Below, piece by piece: positions 54,101 through 63,622 of a stretch of DNA of 64,000 nt. Source of the DNA: Chitinophagales bacterium (lineage in GTDB: Bacteria > Bacteroidota > Bacteroidia > Chitinophagales > LD1). Numbering within the stretch: the stretch's first letter is position 1; the number at the start of each line of letters is the position of its first letter. The DNA lies in contig JANWXI010000001.1 of NCBI GenBank assembly GCA_025057415.1, positions 6,415 to 70,414 on the forward strand, given 5' to 3'. Under the pieces are notes generated by a model. It saw only the letters and a program-made list of their open reading frames with translations, did no database searches and was not told the origin of the DNA. The position numbers were made by a program, and so were the translations under genes.

Positions 54101-55417
54101 CTAATGTTGTAAAACCTCGGCATAGAGGTCAAACGACTCTGCACCTGTAATGCGCACATCGGTGAAATCGCCCGTGCGCAGGTACACGTTAGAAGCGGAG
54201 ATGAGTACCTCGTTGTCCACCTCGGGCGAATCGTGTTCGGTGCGCCCGATGTAATAGTTGCCTTCTTTGCGGTCAACGAGTACCCTACAAACAGAGCCCA
54301 CTTTGCGGGCGTTCAGTTCCGATGAAATTTCTTCCTGAATATCCATTAGTTCGGCTGCCCGCTCTTCCTTCACTTCTGGCGGTACATCATCGGGCAGCGT
54401 GTGTGCGCGGGTGTGTTCCTCGTGCGAGTAGGTAAACACTCCGAGTCGATCAAAGCGCATCTCTTCAACAAAGTGGCGAAGTGTTTGAAAATCTTCGGGA
54501 GTTTCGCCCGGAAAGCCCACGAGCATGGTGGTGCGCAGGGCTATGCCGGGAACCCGCCTGCGTATGTCGCGGATGAGTTTTTCGGTTTCGGCACGGGTGA
54601 TGTTTCTGCGCATGGCAGCGAGTATTTTGTCGCTTGCGTGCTGAAGCGGTATATCGAGGTATTTGCAGATTTTATCGTACTTGTTTATCACATCGGGCAG
54701 TTCGGGCGGAAACTGTGCCGGGTAAGCGTAGTGCAGGCGTAACCAGGCGATGCCTTCCACTTCATTCAATGCGCGAAGCAGGTCAGCCAAACGGCGTTTT
54801 TTGTAAATATCCAGTCCGTAATAGGTTAGTTCCTGAGCAATCAGGATAAGTTCTTTTACACCGCGGGCTGCCAGCGCGCGCGCCTCCTGCACCAGTTCGT
54901 CAATGGGGCGCGAAACGTGTTTGCCGCGCATAAGCGGTATGGCGCAAAACGAACAGGTGCGGTTGCAGCCCTCTGATATTTTGAGGTAGGCATAGTGTGC
55001 CGGTGTAGAGAGCAGGCGCTCGCCCACCAGTTCGTGGCGGTAGTCAACCCGAAGGGTTTTGAGCAGGCGCGGCAAATCTGCCGTACCGAAGTAGGCGTCC
55101 ACCTCGGGGATTTCGGCTTCCAGATTGTCTTTGTAACGTTGGCTCAGGCAGCCGGTAACATAGAGTTTTTCAATTTTACCCTTGCTTTTTGCTTCGGCAA
55201 ACCGCAGTATGGTTTGTATGGATTCCTCTTTGGCGCGCTCAATGAAACCACAGGTGTTGATGATAACGATATTCCGCCCGCGGCTCCAGGTATCGTGCCG
55301 TACATCGTAGCCGCCGTGTTCCAGTTGTTTCATGAGCACTTCGCTGTCCACTAGATTTTTGGAGCAGCCAAGCGTGATGACCGAAACTTTATCGCGGCGC
55401 AGGGTTTTGGTTTTCAT
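54101..55417 (-). CDS. rimO: ribosomal protein S12 methylthiotransferase
   Basis: UPF0004 N-terminal domain (VITLGCSKNLVDSE), radical-SAM CxxxCxxC (CNRTCSFC) and C-terminal TRAM domain. Length and order are typical of RimO. Confidence 0.92.
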   Translation of the reverse strand: MKTKTLRRDKVSVITLGCSKNLVDSEVLMKQLEHGGYDVRHDTWSRGRNIVIINTCGFIERAKEESIQTILRFAEAKSKGKIEKLYVTGCLSQRYKDNLEAEIPEVDAYFGTADLPRLLKTLRVDYRHELVGERLLSTPAHYAYLKISEGCNRTCSFCAIPLMRGKHVSRPIDELVQEARALAARGVKELILIAQELTYYGLDIYKKRRLADLLRALNEVEGIAWLRLHYAYPAQFPPELPDVINKYDKICKYLDIPLQHASDKILAAMRRNITRAETEKLIRDIRRRVPGIALRTTMLVGFPGETPEDFQTLRHFVEEMRFDRLGVFTYSHEEHTRAHTLPDDVPPEVKEERAAELMDIQEEISSELNARKVGSVCRVLVDRKEGNYYIGRTEHDSPEVDNEVLISASNVYLRTGDFTDVRITGAESFDLYAEVLQH

Positions 55418-55496
55418 GTAGGCGGCAAATGTACGAAAGGCAGCTTACATAAGAGGTGTGTAGCGGTTCGAACCTTGCAGTGTATCCACTGCGCTT

Positions 55497-56729
55497 TTAC
55501 CGGATGGCAACCCGCTCATGACGCCTGATGAGCAGGTAGTACCATGCCACGCCTGCTATATAGAGCGCCACGGTGATGAAGATGATGTTGCAATAAGCCA
55601 CACCCGCTTCGCGTAATACGGAGAACGCCTTGGCGCTCACAAACCAACAGCCGCTCCAGATACTTGCGTTGAGTGCAGAGAGGAGTTGACGATTGCGCTC
55701 GCCAACGAATTGCATGGTAAGCTCGCTCGTCATAGGCCCCGCCATATTCATAAAGGGCTGGCGCAATACAAAAGTGATGACAGCCACCCAATACCCGTAA
55801 GGCGTATGTCGGTACCATTCGGTGGTTGCCATCATAAACAGCAGTATTATGGCTACCGATTGCACGCCCGTGATGGCCACCTGATAGCCGTATCGTCTTT
55901 TTACCGAGGGGATGATGAGCGATGAAAATGCCACCAGTGTAAACGCCACCGAGTTGATGATAGAAAACTCGTTTGCAGGCATGCCGTGCACATCGTGAAA
56001 AAACAAATTGATAACCGGAATGGTGAAGCCGGCGCCCAGCGCTATCAGAAAGGTGGGGATTACTGCCTGCAATATGAGCGGCCAGTCGTACTCGGAAAGC
56101 GAAACGGAAACGCGCCGGCGCGCAGGTAGCGAGTGGTGCTCTGCATCGGGCAGCATGTGCACAAACCATACCGCCCCGAAGCCCAAAGTTGAAAAGATTA
56201 CCAGCAGAGCGGTAGTGTTGAAAGAGGGATGCAGGAGCGGGAGCGAATATGCCAACAACCCCGTGAAAATGGTGGTAAAGTTGGCTGCCGAGAAAAACAA
56301 GGTGATGCTCTCTGTCAGGTACGCTTTGTCGCCATTGCTCAGTACATAGGGCATAACGAGTATCTGCACGAGCGAAAAACTCACGCCCCATGCCGCCATG
56401 AGCAGGCGTATCATTTCGGTATAGTGCAGGTGTATGCTGGCGATGAGCAGCAGCGCCACAAGGGGAGATGTAACCGCTCCTGCCATGAGGAATGGTTTCA
56501 GCCGTCGGCCCCTGGCGATTATTGCCAGCGGTACAGCACAGAGTAGCACTGTGAGGTAGCGGTTGCCTACCATGCTGGCAATTTCGTAATCTTTGAAGCC
56601 GTGCTCCAGCATAAGGTAGTTGATGAGCAGGGTGAAAGCCGAGTTGATGATTTGTATGCATACGTCTGCCAGCATCAGGTGGTGAATGTGGCGCGGAACG
56701 GAGGCGTAGCGATACAGCAGAGATTTCAT
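55497..56729 (-). CDS. MFS transporter
   Basis: About 12 TM helices. The ATG at 56729 (MKSLLYRY...) is preferred over 56774. Confidence 0.8.
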   Translation of the reverse strand: MKSLLYRYASVPRHIHHLMLADVCIQIINSAFTLLINYLMLEHGFKDYEIASMVGNRYLTVLLCAVPLAIIARGRRLKPFLMAGAVTSPLVALLLIASIHLHYTEMIRLLMAAWGVSFSLVQILVMPYVLSNGDKAYLTESITLFFSAANFTTIFTGLLAYSLPLLHPSFNTTALLVIFSTLGFGAVWFVHMLPDAEHHSLPARRRVSVSLSEYDWPLILQAVIPTFLIALGAGFTIPVINLFFHDVHGMPANEFSIINSVAFTLVAFSSLIIPSVKRRYGYQVAITGVQSVAIILLFMMATTEWYRHTPYGYWVAVITFVLRQPFMNMAGPMTSELTMQFVGERNRQLLSALNASIWSGCWFVSAKAFSVLREAGVAYCNIIFITVALYIAGVAWYYLLIRRHERVAIR

Positions 56730-56836
56730 GCAAACGTCAGCCGCGAAACAGTTTGTGTAAACAGCGGCAAACATGCACTATTTTTTGTAGTGCGATGAGG
56801 CGAGGCGATGCGGTAAGGTGTGTAGTGGTGTATTTA

Positions 56837-57034
56837 CGGGTGAGGGATGCGAGCGGAAAGCCCGCAGCCGCGCCCGCGCCAGAGGCGCGGCGAGGACTTG
56901 GAGCGGGTCAGCCCGACCCCGCTGCCTTGCAGCGCTTGGCAGCGGGGGCACCCCCAAATAAATAATTAAAAAAACATATATATTTTATTTAGTATATTTA
57001 AGCGCGTTGTGCCGGAGGGTTGTGGGGCGGTAAT
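56837..57034 (-). repeat. GC-rich multi-hairpin intergenic element, copy C
   Basis: Core 56837-56955 (CGGGTGAGGGATGCGAGCGGAAAGCCCGCAGC...GCTGCCTTGCAGCGCTTGGCAGCGGGGGCACCCCC). It starts 79 nt after the stop of the 57035..58507 gene. A second conserved block (CCGCCCCACAACCCTCCGGC in gene sense) abuts the stop codon. Confidence 0.8.
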
Positions 57035-58507
57035 TCAGGGGAGTTCTACGGCACCGATGTCGTATTGGTTGCGGCGCGGGCGAGGTGTGCCGTAAATATC
57101 GAACGGCAGGCCGGACGGGGAAGCGTCAATGAGGGGCGATACGTAGCCGATGCTGTCAGAAGGAGTGAAGTTGCCTTTTTCGGGCGATTTGAAGCGCGGG
57201 TCGGTATTGAAGAGGAGTTGCTGGCTTTTGTTGCTGTAGAGGGCGAGTGTGTCGCTGCGCGTTTTGAGGAGGCAGTGAGAGAAGTTGTTGTCGAAGTCGC
57301 TGGTGTTTACGCCGTTGATGTTGGCGAAGAGGATTTCGTTTTGGAGCGAGCCATAGATGACGCAGTTTTCGAAAGTGGTTTTGAGGGGTTGCGGGTAGGC
57401 GGTTTGGTTGTTGTCCACCACGGCGTTGTTGAGCAGGAGGACTTCTTTTTGGTGATTGACGTAGCGCGAGCCGGTATTGAAGAAGGTGCAGTTGCGAAAC
57501 GTGTATTCACCACCCAGCCAGAGTTTCACCAGGTTGTCACCGGCAGCGTACAGGATGGTGTTTTCGGCATCTATGAGTGCGTTGAAACCCTGCAGTGCGT
57601 TGAACTGGGTGTTTTTGACAATCGTGTTACGCACCGTTACCTGCGGGCGGAGCGAAGCGCCCTGAAACTGCTGAATGTTGGTGAACTCAACGCTGCCGCC
57701 GGCGTAGATGCCGTATTTGCTTTCGTCAATCACGCAGTGGTCAAACAAGCCCTGCGGAGCACAGGCGCTGTTGCGCAAAAAAACAATGCCGAACCATTGC
57801 CCGGGCTTATCGTTATAGTACGGCTCTAAACGGGCGCCCTGAAATACGATGCTATCGGACCAGGTGTTGGCTACGGCATGCAGCGTCCCCTCGATGAACA
57901 GCGCTGAATTGCCGGCAAAAAATATTTTGCAGCCGGGCTGAATGTGCAGCGCCGCGCCGCACCGCACGTACACGCCGGGGATGGTGTCTTTGGCAACGAT
58001 TACGTGGGGCAGGTCGTTGCTCCAAACGGCTGTACCGCTTTTGATTTCTTCACCATAGTGGAAGTGTGCGTTTTGGCCAAATGCCTGCAGGTGTACGGTG
58101 CGCTGCTGCCCGTCAGTTACAAATGAAACATCATCAATAATCACAAACGGAGTGGCAGCCGAAGTGGGATTAACGGTTACTTCCACAAATACGTAGAGCG
58201 AGTCGCGCGGAGGGATTTCTACATTCGTAAACACATCGCCTTGCACACCGTCAACATTGATGCGAAACTGATTGCCGACCAGCCGCATGAGGCGTATCTC
58301 CTCAATGCGCAGGGCGCGGCTGCTGCGGTTGTAAACTTTGAAATAGCGCGTGGTGGAACCGAGTGAAGTGAACACGGTGTCGAACGTAAGCGTATCGGTG
58401 CTGAACTGCATGCCTGCAGCGCCGGCTCCATCTTTGCGACAGCCGACATGGCATACTACGAGCAGGGCGAAGCAACACAACAGGCAAACCGTGATGATAA
58501 ATCTCAT
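57035..58507 (-). CDS. lipoprotein with right-handed parallel beta-helix-like repeats, function unknown
   Basis: Lipobox-like VVCHVGC. Repeated N-x-[IV]-x-x-N/F motifs (VRNTIVKNTQFNAL, FRNCTFFNTG, FENCVIYGSL) suggest a pectate-lyase-type fold. Tentative. Confidence 0.6.
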   Translation of the reverse strand: MRFIITVCLLCCFALLVVCHVGCRKDGAGAAGMQFSTDTLTFDTVFTSLGSTTRYFKVYNRSSRALRIEEIRLMRLVGNQFRINVDGVQGDVFTNVEIPPRDSLYVFVEVTVNPTSAATPFVIIDDVSFVTDGQQRTVHLQAFGQNAHFHYGEEIKSGTAVWSNDLPHVIVAKDTIPGVYVRCGAALHIQPGCKIFFAGNSALFIEGTLHAVANTWSDSIVFQGARLEPYYNDKPGQWFGIVFLRNSACAPQGLFDHCVIDESKYGIYAGGSVEFTNIQQFQGASLRPQVTVRNTIVKNTQFNALQGFNALIDAENTILYAAGDNLVKLWLGGEYTFRNCTFFNTGSRYVNHQKEVLLLNNAVVDNNQTAYPQPLKTTFENCVIYGSLQNEILFANINGVNTSDFDNNFSHCLLKTRSDTLALYSNKSQQLLFNTDPRFKSPEKGNFTPSDSIGYVSPLIDASPSGLPFDIYGTPRPRRNQYDIGAVELP

Positions 58508-58547
58508 GAGCAGGGCGTAAACGTTACGCGAAGTTTTTTATTTCTTT

Positions 58548-59030
58548 TCAGCGCAGGCGCGCTTCGCTTTTTATCAATTCTTCATCGCGGCGGATGTAGT
58601 AAAACGCTGCCAGCAACATGACCACGGCTGCCGCACCCAGCGCGTTCCAGGGTGTGTAGAGCGAATAGCACTCAGTAAGTTTTTGCGTAACGTAGTCATA
58701 GGCACACTCCATCGTCACATACTTGTAATAAACAAAGGCCATGGCGCATATCATCAGGAGCATGCTCAACCAACACAATAACATTTGCAGCGGTCTTTTG
58801 CGAAACAGGAAGATGGCAATGAGGGCAAGACCTGCTGCCGAGCCGGTGAGGATGGCATTTATGAATACTTTGTAAACTTCGCTATTGTAAATAAACGTTT
58901 TACCGACTTCGTATCCTTTAAAGAAGTACGTTTCCTTGTCGGCTTCGCTGCCGTGGAGGGGCATCCAAAGGTAAAGCGCCATGCATGCGATTGCCAACAG
59001 CAGGAAAATTGTTTGAATGCGTTGTATCAT
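58548..59030 (-). CDS. DUF4293-like small integral membrane protein
   Basis: [13 protein letters not shown]... N-terminus and four TM helices, as in the Bacteroidota DUF4293 family (recognised from memory). Confidence 0.6.
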   Translation of the reverse strand: MIQRIQTIFLLLAIACMALYLWMPLHGSEADKETYFFKGYEVGKTFIYNSEVYKVFINAILTGSAAGLALIAIFLFRKRPLQMLLCWLSMLLMICAMAFVYYKYVTMECAYDYVTQKLTECYSLYTPWNALGAAAVVMLLAAFYYIRRDEELIKSEARLR

Positions 59031-59081
59031 GCGGTTACAAAGGTTTGTTTATTTCGCGTCAAACCTAAAAAATTCAGCAAG

Positions 59082-60272
59082 ATGAATGTTTATATAGTGG
59101 ATGCACTCCGCACTCCCATCGGAAAATTCAACGGCATGTTGGCTACGGTGCGCCCCGATGATTTGGCGGCACACCTCATCCGCGAAATTGCCGCACGGCA
59201 CAGAGCGTGGTTAGACCCTGCCGAGATTGAAGATGTTATTCTCGGAGCGGCAAATCAGAGCGGAGAAGACAACCGCAACGTAGCGCGCATGGCAGCGCTG
59301 CTGGCGGGTTTGCCGGTGAGTGTGGGCGGGGTGACGGTGAACCGCTTGTGCGCCTCGGGTTTACAGGCCATAGCCGATGCGGCGCGAGCCATACAGACAG
59401 GCGATGGAGATGTGTACATAGCCGGCGGAGTGGAGAGCATGACCCGCGCACCGTATGTGCTCTCCAAGAGCGATGCTCCCTTTGGCCGCAGTCAACAGTT
59501 GTTTGATACAGTAATCGGTTGGCGGTTTACGAACAGCAAATTTCCGAAAGAGACCACCATCAGCATGGGCGAAACTGCCGAAAACGTGGCGCGTATTTGG
59601 AAAATCAGCCGCGAGGAGCAGGATGCTTTTGCCCTCAGTTCGCAACAGAAATATCAGGCAGCCCACCGCGACGGGCGCTTTGCCGATGAGTTAGTGCCCG
59701 TGGAGATAGAGCGCGGCAAAGAAAAAATTACCATGACACAAGACGAACATCCGCGCCAAACCACAGCCGAGGAACTCGCCAAACTGAAACCTGCCTTCGT
59801 AAAAGACGGTACGGTGACGGCCGGCAACTCATCGGGCATCAATGATGGCGCGGCAGTGACGCTCGTGGTGAGTGAACGCATGGTAAAGGAGCGCAATCTG
59901 CAACCCCTGGCGCGCGTGGTGAGTGTGGCATCGGCCGGCGTAGAACCCTCGTGTATGGGAATAGGCCCGGTGCCGGCTACCCGCAAAGCGCTCGCCCGTG
60001 CAGGGCTTACCATCAGCGACCTGGGGCTTGTTGAAATAAACGAAGCGTTTGCCGCACAGGCCATTGCCTGCATCCGCGATTTGGAACTGAATGCCGAAAT
60101 TGTGAATGTAAACGGAGGCGCTATCGCGCTCGGTCATCCGCTGGGGTGCAGCGGCGCGCGCATTACTGCTACCCTGCTGCACGAAATGAAACGGCGCAAG
60201 GTGCGCTACGGGTTAGCCACTATGTGTGTGGGAGTAGGGCAGGGATTGGCGGTGATATATGAGCGGTGTTAG
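59082..60272 (+). CDS. acetyl-CoA C-acyltransferase (thiolase)
   Basis: Active-site Cys region [12 protein letters not shown]-terminal [26 protein letters not shown] and CVGVGQG motifs. The ATG at 59082 is preferred over the track start at 58785, which would overlap the oppositely oriented DUF4293-like gene. Confidence 0.92.
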   Translation: MNVYIVDALRTPIGKFNGMLATVRPDDLAAHLIREIAARHRAWLDPAEIEDVILGAANQSGEDNRNVARMAALLAGLPVSVGGVTVNRLCASGLQAIADAARAIQTGDGDVYIAGGVESMTRAPYVLSKSDAPFGRSQQLFDTVIGWRFTNSKFPKETTISMGETAENVARIWKISREEQDAFALSSQQKYQAAHRDGRFADELVPVEIERGKEKITMTQDEHPRQTTAEELAKLKPAFVKDGTVTAGNSSGINDGAAVTLVVSERMVKERNLQPLARVVSVASAGVEPSCMGIGPVPATRKALARAGLTISDLGLVEINEAFAAQAIACIRDLELNAEIVNVNGGAIALGHPLGCSGARITATLLHEMKRRKVRYGLATMCVGVGQGLAVIYERC

Positions 60273-60431
60273 CGCACCCGGGTAACGCTTGTTGTTGTAC
60301 ACGTAATTTTGAACTGGTACCTGTTTTGTTTTATCAAACAACAACATTGGGCATTTGCAGCGAATAAACACTTACTGCGCGTATTACTCGATTTTTATAG
60401 CAATATCAACCGGTAACCTACATCACCTGTC

Positions 60432-62957
60432 TTACTGTTTTACTATCCTTCGGGTTACTTCTTTCCCATTTACCCCTCGCATCTTAACCATGTAAACTCC
60501 CGGGGATAAATGCTTCAAGGATAAAATTGCGCCCTGGCCTATGCCGCTTTGTTGTACCACTGCCTTGCCCGTTATGTCTATTACACGTATCTCATGTATA
60601 GCGCCAGATGGCCATGCTATATGGAGATTGTCCTCACACGGTACCGGATATAACCATACTTTGGGCTCTGGTTCTTCTGCTAATGCTACTACTAACTGAG
60701 CAATTATGGTGGCTGTGTTGGTAATGATTGGAGCATTGAAATCAAAGTATATTCCTGCCCGATTGGGAATGCTTTGGTTTAAGCTGAGCGGTTGCAGCGG
60801 CTTAATTCTGAACTGCACAAACCCGATAGAACCTTCGGGATTGCTGGCACTATCGGGCAACATGATGTTACTAAAGAAAAACTTTACCACGCTATTCCTC
60901 AGTTCATAGGTACATTTATGACTGTAACCTAGTAATTCAAATGTGCTTGGATCGAGCAACGCGCTTAATGTATCTATCAGTTTTATATTGAATGCCGGTG
61001 CGCTGCCCGTGTTTTGAAAATAGATGGTGTAGGTAAGCCATCCATCGTACCCCGGCTGCACCGTATTGGGGTACACATCTTTACGGTTGGGGTCGTATGA
61101 GTTTACCACATCATAGCACCAACTGTATGTATTGTTTGCCGGGTTGTTGTCTCCGGTTACGGGTGTTACAGATATATTTACACATACCTGATCGCCCGCT
61201 TGAGCCGTGGTATCGGTGGTGAATAACAAACCAATAGCCCCGCTCATCAAGGTTGAAAAATCGGCAATGGAATAAGTGAACGAATTGCCTGAAATACTGG
61301 TTGGCAAAATAGCTCCGCTAGGCGCCCCCGCGTATTTTACCGGTCCGCTTACTTGTACCAAAATTTGTCCTGAAACATTCTGCGCACATGCCAACTGATA
61401 AAAAATATTACTGATATCTCCGGCATTTATGGATAGCGTGTGTGTTTGCCCGGGGAATACCCAGCCGGCAGTATTTACAGATTGAACCCCAACATCAAAA
61501 CCGGGTTTGCAAGCCAAAAGAAAGTCCACACTGTCAGTAAGCGCCCCTGCCTGAAAGGTTACACTTTGCTGAATGGGGGCGTTGCAGGCGATAATGTAAG
61601 GTTTATTGGCGGTATCCACCTTTAGCGTATAATTACCACTAACCAACCCCTGATGAAACATGTAAACACCGTTAACGAAAGTATTGGTTATCCCCCAAAA
61701 ATTGTTGTTGCTATCATAAATGGCCACTTCTACATTAGCTACTTTACTATCTGCATTACCATCATATTGACAATTACCATTGGCATCATAAAGCGCTGTG
61801 CCAAGGATGCCTGTTCCCTCCGGGCACCCGTTCGGATTTCCAGTGGTACATATAGGGTATGCTAAGTGGTTAGCATCCATAGCTTGAACATAATTTGGCA
61901 GACATGCAATAGGATTCGGGAGTAAAGAAATTGAGCCATTACTGATGTGAGGCAAACGAGGAAAACAAGTGATTAGATTATCACCACACAGTAAAATAGC
62001 CATCGTATCCGGTAAATACGGAAGACCGGATAGTTGATTGTTGGAGCAACCTAAAACATCGAGAGTACTTGGTAAAGCCGGCAAATTGGTAAGTTGATTG
62101 TTAGAACAATATAACTTCCAAAGACCGTCTGGTAAAGAAGGTAAACTGGTTAATTGATTAAAGTTGCAGAACAACTGTTGTAGACTATCAGACAAAGCCG
62201 GCAAACTGGTTAATTGATTGTAGTCGCAGTATAAATTCTCAAGACCAATGGGCAGGTTCGGCAAATTGGTTATTTGATTGTTAGAACAATCTAATGTCTT
62301 CAGAAGGCCGGGCAAAGCCGGCAAACTGGTTAATTGATTGTTGTAACAACTTAAATAAACAATATTAACGGGTAAATTCGGTAAACCGGCTAGTTGATTG
62401 TTGGAACAATCCAGCGTAATTAAGCTATTGGGTAAAACCGGCAAACTGGTTAGTTGATTGTTGTTACACTTTATTCTCTCAAGGCTGCCGGGCAACGATG
62501 GTAAGTTAGTTAATTGATTATAGGAACAAATCAAGTCCAAAAGATAAGCAGGCAGAGTTGGTAAATTTGTTAATTGATTGTTGTTACAATATAACTTCTG
62601 CATACTGCCGGGCAATGCAGGTAAATTAGTCAATTGGTTACCGGAACAATCTAACCACCAAAGAGTACTTGGCAAAACCGGTAAACTGGTCAATTGATTG
62701 GAGGAACATATCAAGACAGATAAATTTGAAAACGCCTGAATTCCCTCTAACGATTGAATGCCCAGGTTGCTAACATTAATTGTTCCACTGTAGGCACTTG
62801 CACAGGGTACGTTGATGGAGTCAGGGTAAGGCATACAGCTTGAAAAGTTGGCTTGCAAATAAGCCCGGAATGCCGGGTCAGGTACATACAGGTTTTGGGC
62901 TTGTAAGTGTATTTGTACACTGGCGAGCACCATCAATGCAAGGGTATATTTTCGCAT
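60432..62957 (-). CDS. T9SS type A cargo: 13 x 20-residue leucine-rich repeats + beta-sandwich (DUF11/CARDB-like) region + sorting domain
   Basis: Signal peptide MRKYTLALMVLASVQIHLQAQ. Repeats follow L..L.C..NQLT.LP.LP.. . C-terminus VWLYPVPCEDNLHIAW...GVYMVKM...RRIVKQ. An alternative ATG lies at 62972. Confidence 0.85.
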   Translation of the reverse strand: MRKYTLALMVLASVQIHLQAQNLYVPDPAFRAYLQANFSSCMPYPDSINVPCASAYSGTINVSNLGIQSLEGIQAFSNLSVLICSSNQLTSLPVLPSTLWWLDCSGNQLTNLPALPGSMQKLYCNNNQLTNLPTLPAYLLDLICSYNQLTNLPSLPGSLERIKCNNNQLTSLPVLPNSLITLDCSNNQLAGLPNLPVNIVYLSCYNNQLTSLPALPGLLKTLDCSNNQITNLPNLPIGLENLYCDYNQLTSLPALSDSLQQLFCNFNQLTSLPSLPDGLWKLYCSNNQLTNLPALPSTLDVLGCSNNQLSGLPYLPDTMAILLCGDNLITCFPRLPHISNGSISLLPNPIACLPNYVQAMDANHLAYPICTTGNPNGCPEGTGILGTALYDANGNCQYDGNADSKVANVEVAIYDSNNNFWGITNTFVNGVYMFHQGLVSGNYTLKVDTANKPYIIACNAPIQQSVTFQAGALTDSVDFLLACKPGFDVGVQSVNTAGWVFPGQTHTLSINAGDISNIFYQLACAQNVSGQILVQVSGPVKYAGAPSGAILPTSISGNSFTYSIADFSTLMSGAIGLLFTTDTTAQAGDQVCVNISVTPVTGDNNPANNTYSWCYDVVNSYDPNRKDVYPNTVQPGYDGWLTYTIYFQNTGSAPAFNIKLIDTLSALLDPSTFELLGYSHKCTYELRNSVVKFFFSNIMLPDSASNPEGSIGFVQFRIKPLQPLSLNQSIPNRAGIYFDFNAPIITNTATIIAQLVVALAEEPEPKVWLYPVPCEDNLHIAWPSGAIHEIRVIDITGKAVVQQSGIGQGAILSLKHLSPGVYMVKMRGVNGKEVTRRIVKQ
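61944..62723 (-). repeat. tandem 60-bp coding repeats (13 LRR units)
   Basis: GGTAAACTGGT(T/C)AATTGATTG-type cores recur every 60 bp on the plus strand. They translate on the minus strand to NQLT(S/N)LP(A/S/V)LP. Confidence 0.9.
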
Positions 62958-63474
62958 AAAATTTGTTTCCATAGCTCTTAAAATTACCTACTTGTAGTTC
63001 AAATTTAAAAAAATACAATTACTACATAAACCGCTCAAAAATTACGTAAACCCAATATTTACATTTGATATGGAGGCTCTACCCAATTAAGGTTACTTAT
63101 AAAAACGAAACCAATTACACTAAAAACTCCAACATGTTAATTCTTCTTTGATTTATGTTGTATTCGCTCAGGTTACACATAATACTTTTTTACTGATATG
63201 GCATGATTATTTAACTGACAAATCAATCAAATCTGAAATTTCAAATGGCAGTCACTACAACTAAGTATCATTGACAATTATGATATTAAATAATTTACTA
63301 ATCTGTTTGCGATATCGTATGCACTTCACCATCACTGCACTCTACCAGGTAAAACACAAACCCCTAATTAGTTGAGATTACATCAAAACGCTGTGCCGGT
63401 AAGTGTGCTGTAATACCGGCGCAGGCAAACAAAACAGCCGAAAAAACAAACGCCCCGAAAAGGGCTTGTAACAG

Positions 63475-63548
<74 letters not shown>

Positions 63549-63622
63549 TTTAGCACGCAAAAATAATCTTAATGCACAATGTTCAAAAAGCCCTTATACA
63601 TTCGCGCGTAATACACACTCTC

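Noticed and set aside
55516-56733. 405-aa same-strand ORF in a different frame of the MFS transporter gene
   Set aside because: Its translation is Arg/His/Gly-rich with no TM helices or motifs. The 55497..56729 frame gives a coherent 12-TM MFS protein. It is an overlapping open frame produced by local base composition.
57020-57829. 269-aa plus-strand ORF antisense to the beta-helix lipoprotein gene
   Set aside because: Its composition is Val/Ala/Glu/Gly-rich, typical of an antisense read of a coding region. It has no ATG-proximal promoter box and is fully nested in a longer gene with a lipobox and repeats.
61944-62723. Regular 60-bp periodic repeats that could be mistaken for a CRISPR array
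   Set aside because: The whole array lies in one uninterrupted ORF and translates to 13 canonical LRR units. The apparent spacers are themselves conserved at the protein level. No cas genes or leader are present.
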